Shown here: piece after piece, positions 56,510 to 64,000 of the stretch | Layout: each line of letters begins with the position of its first letter | Numbering within the stretch: position 1 is the stretch's first letter | Origin: the human T2T-CHM13v2.0 reference genome, Homo sapiens | DNA: 64,000 nucleotides | Assembly: GCF_009914755.1 (NCBI RefSeq) | Contig: NC_060940.1 | Reading direction: 5' to 3' (one strand) | Position numbers and translations under genes: made by a program | The notes under the pieces: generated by a model | Database searches by the model: none | Told to the model about the DNA's origin: nothing | Seen by the model: the letters and a program-made list of their open reading frames with translations, nothing else

Positions 56510-57440
56510 TGTGTGCATTTATTCACTAAATACGTACTGAAAACAAGCCTTGTACCCTGGTTGGGTACTATGTTGGGTGCTTAGAGCGGTGAACAAAACA
56601 TCCTGCCACCAACCCTGTCATGGTAGGCTTTACCAAGCTAAATAATTATTGTATGACCATAAACTTGTAATAAAGCTATGATGGTAAATAATAGGATTTA
56701 GTGATAGGGAATATGTAGAATATCTTAATGCAGACAGAATGGTCAAGGAAGTTCTCTCTGAGGAGGTGGCACTGAAGCTGAAACTTCAAGGATGACAAAG
56801 GAAGAGCTATGCAGCTGTGCAGAAAGAGTGGGGAGGAGTGCATTCGAGGTGAAGCAGCATATTTGCAAATGAAATACGGAGAGAAAGAGATTGCCTTGTC
56901 TGAGGGAGTGAAAGAAGCCCAGTATGGATATAATAAACTTAGTGAGAGAGAGAGTGCCAGAAGATGAACTTTGTGTTTCAGCTATTGTTGATAGAACAAT
57001 GCTGCATAACAAACAACTACAAGTTCCAGTGGTTTTTAACATTATATTTATTGTTCATGTATCTGGGGTCAGCTTGGGATCAGCTCTAAGTTCTGTTTCA
57101 CAGGTCTCTTATCTTCTGGCAGTGTAGTCCAGACATGTTCTCCAGAAATGTCAAAGGCACAAGGATGCAAAAAAGCATGCAATGCCCCTTGCAGGCTTAG
57201 GTTTGGAACCAGCATACCGTTATATTTTATTAGTAATGCACACAACAAGCCTGATCTCTGAGCCAGCATAGGCAGATATGGTATATTTACATGGCAAGGG
57301 ATCTGAACACCAGGAAGGGTGGAGAACTGGGGCTATTGTTGCACCTTCCACAATTAGAGAAACAGGAAGATAGAAACTATTCCAATTAAGTCTTTGAAGG
57401 CCAATGTATGAAGTTGGATTTTATTCTAAGTACTATGGGA
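56510..57440 (-). mobile_element. L2 fragment interrupted by an MLT1 LTR (about 56975-57350)
   Basis: tggtcaaggaagttctctctgaggaggtggcactgaagctga; resumes at ttggattttattctaag; MLT1 start gtttcagctattg...caatgctgcataacaaac. Confidence 0.6.
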
Positions 57441-59525
57441 AGATATAAACCTGGTCTTCTATTGACCATGTGACCTTGGACAGATCCTCGGTGCTCTTGA
57501 ATATTTGTCTCCTCGTCTATAAAATGTGTGTGTATTGGGGATGAGGGAGGGGTTGATTCTCAAGTAAGATACTCAAATTCTTTGAACCTTGTAATATTTA
57601 TGTATAAAGAAATGAACTAATCATATATATAATATATATATATGATTATTGTGAGATTTAAATAAGATTATGAAAGTGAAAGTGCTATGTAAACTGTGAA
57701 ATGCTCTGCACTCATCATTTCATATACTGTTTATAGCAATTCTGCAAAATGAGGTTAACATTTCATAGATGAGGAAGCTGAAACTTGGGGTTGTTAAATA
57801 ACCCGTATTTCGTTCCACAGTGAGGAAAAAGAGGAGGAGCCAGGGTGAAACACTCATCTGTCTGATTCCAAAGCTCCAAGTCTTCAATTAACTATAAATT
57901 AAATAAGTTGCTTCCCTGTATGAGGAATTGGCCGCAGTAGTGCCTTTAACAGAGATTACTGGCTTTGCAGGAAGCGATGGGTGTGATTTAGACCTTTACC
58001 AGACGCTGCTGAGCTCAGCAATAGCTTCTTATCCCAGGCAGGCCAGTGGCCAAGATCTAATTCACCAGGGGCCATCCCAGCTGATTGGTTCATCAATAAC
58101 CCATTATCTCTGCCATTGTAAATATCTCGGAAAGAATGTGACTTTCGGGGAAGAATACCCAAGCACACCCAGGCTGCAGCCTGTCCATAGCATGGATGTC
58201 CGGGAAAGAAAAAAAATATATAAGCGTTTCCTGGCTTTACATGGCAAAATGTTACAAAATCCCCCTGCAGTCTCTGACAAGAGGGAACTGGTTGGAACCA
58301 TCTGAACATAGGGTCTTTCCTTAAGGAATAGGTCATATTTGCCACTCCAGGACACTGGCAGGATAAAAATGATTGTCATAAAATAAAGCGATGGCTTCCA
58401 TCTCCTGGACCATAGAGCAGCAGAGGGCTGGATGCATAAGAAACAACCAGTGATCTTGTCTGTAAAACTGATTCTCCGGTTTTGTCCCTAGACATTCTCA
58501 TTTAGGAGATCTGGAGTTAAGCCCAGAAATGTAGGGTTATATTTTCACCCAGTGACTCTGATGTTCTGATGCAGAGCCAGGTTTGGAGACCACTAATAAA
58601 ATCCAGTTTTCATTTAACAAACACGGCCTGAAAATCTATTGTGAATCAGACCCTCCTGTTGAATGCTTAGGCAGAGATGAATTAAACACAGCCTCTGACC
58701 TCAAGGATCTCACAGATCAGTTGGCAAGACGAATACATGGGTATATAGTGAAAAGGCATCATCGGAGATTACTTAGGTTTATTACACCAACAAGACACCC
58801 CAGCTGCACAAAAAGACAGCCCATTGGTGGTCTGTTTCTCCCACACCCTCCCCAGCTCAGCTTTCATTTTCATTAAATGCTTTCCTCTTCACTGCTTTGC
58901 CTTATCCTTCATACCTGATTCCACGGTTCTGACCATGGCTTCTCACTCCAATGGTAATTTGGAAATTCTCACTCTACAATCTCACTCTGGCTGACTGGGA
59001 CAGACATTCTAGTCAGTCCCAATCAATACAGAGGAGTGTTCTACCACCGTGCTTCCCACTCCACTTCTCTGCAGGGAGGAAATCCCAAGATACCCTTGAG
59101 CCCTAAAACAGGTAGGAATAAATGGCACAGAAGCACATGAAAGGCGTTGGCTCCTTCTCTCTTACCCAGATGTAGAGAAAGCCATTATCCCTCACTCAAC
59201 ACTAAGAGGATTATGGACATGAACACAATCATACCCAGGAAAAAGAGAGGGAACAGTGATGACAGTCCATTTTGTTAACTAAAAAGAGGCTTTGTTTTAT
59301 CCAAGCTGGAGGATAATTTGGGAGATGAGGTTGACGTTTTTCTTTGGAACCAAGTGGGTTTCTGTCTAGGCATTCAACATTCTCAAAAATAAGGCTCTTT
59401 GCAACCTTTAAAAATTATTACCCTGTGCTTAGAAGCCATGTAGGAGCTGAGCTCGGGGAAGAGAGGTGGTGGGGGTGCTGTCCGGATATGAAGGCAGGAA
59501 CCAAACTGGAGAGGTCACTGAAGTC

Positions 59526-59529
59526 TTTT

Positions 59530-59564
<35 letters not shown>

Positions 59565-59718
59565 TTTTTTGAGACAGAGTCTTGCTCTGTCACCCAGGCT
59601 GGAGTGCAGCGACACAATCTCAACTTACTGCAACCTCTGCCTCCTGGTTTCAACCAATTCTCCTGCCTCAGCCTCCTGAGTAGCTAGGATTACAAGCATG
59701 CACCACCAAACCCGGCTA
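59526..59718 (-). mobile_element. 5'-truncated Alu (right arm only)
   Basis: TTTA tail and right monomer ending ccggctaa; TSD gaagtc(t/a)tttt. Confidence 0.9.
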
Positions 59719-59951
59719 AGAAGTCATTTTTTTAACCGATGTTGGGTTTCCACCTGATGCCAAGTGTCAAGTACAAGGGTGCTTACTGTAATAACTTTGT
59801 AACATTAAAAATTTGGATGGAAGCTGTCTAAAGCAGACTTATCTAAGGCAGATTTATTAATATCTGCTACATACAGAGAGTGAAATAAATGCATGCCACT
59901 ATTTAAAAATAATGAGATCTCTTAGGTTTACTAACTGGAAAAAAAAAGATT

Positions 59952-60180
59952 GGCTGGCTGTGGTGGCTCACACCTGTAATCCCAGCACTTTGGGAGGCTG
60001 GGGTGGGAGGATCACTTGAGGTCAGGAGTTCAAAGATGTGGTGGTGTGTGCCTGCAGTCCCAGGCCGAGGTTGGAGAATCACTTGAGCCCAGGAGTTTGA
60101 GGCTGCAGAGAACTATGATTATGCCACTGCACTCCAGCTTGCAAGACAGAGCAAGATTCTGTCTCAAAAAAGATAAATAA
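59952..60180 (+). mobile_element. AluJ with internal deletion, inside an old L1ME 3' fragment
   Basis: cacttgagcccaggagtttgaggctgcag AluJ diagnostic; the middle A-rich linker is missing. Confidence 0.88.
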
Positions 60181-61403
60181 TATTTTTTTAAAAAGATAAA
60201 GAAAAAATATTAAAAACACTACATATAGAATGCTTCTATTTGTAGTGAAAAAATCACACACACACACACACATAAAAAAAAACCTATTGACAGTAATTTA
60301 TTTCTTAAGAGGAACTGTGAAAAGGAGCTGAAGGTGGTGTTCACTTTTTAAATTTTTTATATGTAGTACTAACTTGTTAAAAAATAATGGTTATGGGCAT
60401 TACTTAAGTGGAAAGGTTATAGAGTTTTGTTTTTAACTTTATAATTATATATAATATGTCTGTGTATTTTAATAATGAATATATTATTATGTACATACAC
60501 CAAATAAAATATCTGCCTATATATACTACTACATTGCATACCAAACTATATTGAACTTATCAGTTTATTTATCTTATTCTTTGGAAATATTATTATTATG
60601 TTAGTATAATTAGCTTATTATAATTAGCCATGTGGAAATTATCAGCTTATGTATTTATTAACTGATAAGATTATTATTCATTGATCATTTATTGATAACT
60701 GGAGCATGTAATATAGTGCTGGAACTTAGCAGATTACCCAGCAAATGTCTATTATTGCTGAGTCAAAGAGACAGCAGCTCCATTATTTTTTAACAGATCA
60801 ACTCTCAATGTCACTTTTACGGAGCAAGATTCTTATTTCTTCACATGCTTTTTCTACCATTTCAAGCAGACAAGACCTTTATTCAAGGATTCATTCATCC
60901 ATCCAAAAGACATTTATCATGCTATTCAGGAACAACAAGAAATGAACAATAAAGACAGCACAATGAAGTCTCCTGCCTTGCTCCTACACTTGAGCTTCTG
61001 GGTTTATGTTCTTTTGAAGAGAAAAAAATACATTGTAGAAGAAGATTTTGTGTCCCCATAAAAGTGATCCCACACCCAGAGATGACCCCACACTGGTCTA
61101 AGCCTGGTATTTGCAACGTCAACTCATGCCACTCACATGGAGACACCAATTAGGGCTTCTCAGATGAAAGCTGAGTATTTAAATGTTATTTTGGGGGAAA
61201 TGCCATTGACCATGCACACCTCTCCTTTCTACTCAAAAGACATAATAAAGTGACAGTAAAGATTGACAAGGTGTTAACAAAAAGGACGAGAATGTGGGCT
61301 AGAAGAAAGTAGAAGATGGGAAATAAAAATGAAGGAAGTTGCAACCTAAATGTTTGAAGTGGGGATACCTGAGCAGCTAATTCCTCCTATAAAACCCCTG
61401 AGA

Positions 61404-61763
<360 letters not shown>

Positions 61764-62082
61764 TTATGCCATGGATCTTCATGGCCACTACTAGAGTTTG
61801 AAGACTGATTTACTGAAGAAATTTTACAGAGAGCCTCTAGAGGCAGGGACATAGGGCACAGTTGAGAGCTGAGTTTCTCTACCTCCAGAATACCAGCCAT
61901 CAGGCACTCACCTTCCAGGGCAGAAAAATGGAAGGCTTATTTCTGGAGAATTCCAGGGAAGCAAATCCCTGATCTCTATTATTGACATTTTGGGTGCTTT
62001 AATAAAAAGTATGCAACACTGAATGGTTAAAGTGAAACATACCAGATAACCACCATCCTCTCGCCATCATTCATGCAGAGGT

Positions 62083-62398
62083 GTTTTTTTTGATTGTTTG
62101 TTTGAGATGGACTCTTACTCTGTCACCCAACCTGGAGTGCAGGGGCACTGTGTCGGCTCAGTGCAACCTCTGTCTCCTGCGTTCAAGCAATTCTCCTGCC
62201 TCAGCCTCCTGAGTAGCTGGGATTACAGGCACCCACCACCACACCTGGCTAATTTTTAAATTTTTAGTAGAGATGGACTTCTTCATGTTTGTCAGTCTGG
62301 TCTTGAACTCCCGACCTCAGGTGATCCACCCACCTCGGTGATCCACCCACCCAATCCCAAAGGGCTGGGATTACAGGCGTGAGCCACTGAGTCTGGCC
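62083..62398 (-). mobile_element. Alu (AluS) with internal ggtgatccacccacc duplication
   Basis: Antisense dimer; TSD agaggt. Confidence 0.93.
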
Positions 62399-62399
62399 A

Positions 62400-63500
62400 G
62401 AGGTTTTTTAATGCATTCCTAAACATATGAACAGTCTTTCAAGGACCAACAGACATTAGGAGGAAGCCTTTGGGATGAAAGAGTGACGCCCTAATAAAAG
62501 GACTCAGAGAGAAAAAGGACCAAATAATCCAGAGAGAAGAAGAAATTTACAAATAAGTTATCTCCAAAAGATAAGAGCAAGACATCACATTTGTAAAACA
62601 AGAAAAAAAATAGGTGAGTGCAGGGAGCAGAATCAAAGAACACAAATAAGGTGAAAATTTTTTTAATATTGTAGAAAAATTTTTAGAAGTCAGGAGTGTT
62701 TAGAGAACAAATTCAAATAAATTTCCAGAATATAAAATAAAAAGACAGAAAATAGACAATTAGTTAAGTGTATGCTTAAAAAATCAGAAGGAAGTCTTAT
62801 ACTCAAATAATAGATGTTTCAAAAATAAAGAACAGAAAATAAAAATGGGAGGGGATTATCAAAAAAACAACAAAACACACTTTCTAGAACTGAAAGATGT
62901 GAGTTTTCATGTCAAGTGTGTTCATCTTCAGCTAAGGAAGGAAGGAAAAAAGGAGAGACAAAAGGAGTAAGGGAGAGAGAGAAGACGAATTCCACACCCC
63001 ACACCATGATGTATTATTACGGAATTTCAGAACATTTAAGACACAGGATGGTCATTAAAATATTTTAGGAATGGGATAGAAGTGGGAAGAGAAGGAACAG
63101 GTCACATACAAAAGAATAAGAATCAGAATGGCATTAGAAATCTCAATGGAAACATCACAGGCTAGAAGACAGTGGATCAATGTCATCAAAATTTTAAATA
63201 AAAAATGATTTTCAACTTAAGTTTCTATACCCAGCCAAATTATCAATCCAGTGAAAAGGTAAAATAGAAAATTTTCCAATATGTAAGTACAAAAAAACCT
63301 TCTGTTCATGTACCTTTATTCAGGAAACTCCCAGAAGATGAGCTTTAACACGATGGAGTAGTAAATCAAGAAAGATAAATATACAAGATCCAGTACACAA
63401 AAGACCCAACACAGGACTAAAGAAGAAAACAGATAAGAGAAGGTAGCTGTGCCCAGGCTAGAGACCAAACAGAGGAAGAAGGGTGTTTATGGACTGTTTT
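62400..63500 (+). mobile_element. HAL1 / old L1 ORF1-derived remnant
   Basis: caggtcacatacaaaag...aatcagaatggcattaga...gctagaagacagtgga...ctatacccagccaaattatcaatc; may extend further on both sides. Confidence 0.7.
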
Positions 63501-64000
63501 TTGTGTCTGGGTATGAGCATTGGGTAAAAGTGTTTATGCTTCACCTATCAGTTGCAGTATGTGTCAGACGTTATGCTAATCACTGAAATTATATACTTTA
63601 ATTATCATATTATATGGAATATAATTATTGTACGTTTACTATTACAAAATTGCTATTATTTATGTTATTATTAAGTTACTGTTACCTCACCAGAGGAAAA
63701 CATCTAAATGGGTTTCCACCCTATTTTAAAGATTTTGAATAAAAATACAAACTCTAAGATTAGCATAAATTTTGCTTTGAAGACCAAGAGGAAGTTATCA
63801 GCTGGAACTGATCCGCAATGAGAGATGTAACTGCCTGACAAGAGACATAAGCCATGGAAGAAAAGAAAGAAAATAAACAAACCTCAAACATGGATCCAAA
63901 ATAAAAAGGAGCAAGAAAGATGATTCAATTATAGGAATTGATGTATGACTGTGCTACTTCCCACAAGGGCAAATCTACCTGTCCCTGGGTGAATAACAGC

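Overview
Primate, most likely human, genomic DNA (AluY and a near-consensus LTR5_Hs are present). I can support no protein-coding gene, tRNA, rRNA or CRISPR array; the long ORFs I checked derive from Alu, Tigger1, MLT1, minisatellite or low-complexity sequence. The window looks intergenic or deep intronic. It holds about 30 Alu copies or fragments, old L1/HAL1, L2, MIR and MaLR (MLT1) LTRs, DNA transposon relics (Tigger1, MER1, MER2, MER5, MER47A, MER58A, MER63A, MADE1), a complete 968-bp HERV-K(HML-2) LTR5_Hs solo LTR (26925-27892, minus) and an 11 x 25-bp minisatellite. Several repeat-poor islands carry enhancer-like motif clusters, and there is a strong CTCF motif at 21475-21493. The most unusual structure is an old local duplication: 15010-15456 consists of an inverted copy of 18034-18220 joined to a direct copy of 18413-19000, the geometry of twin-priming or template switching. 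I found no evidence for a new gene system. All alignments were done by eye, repeat subfamily names come from recalled consensus sequences, and boundaries of old repeats are approximate. I could not identify the locus.
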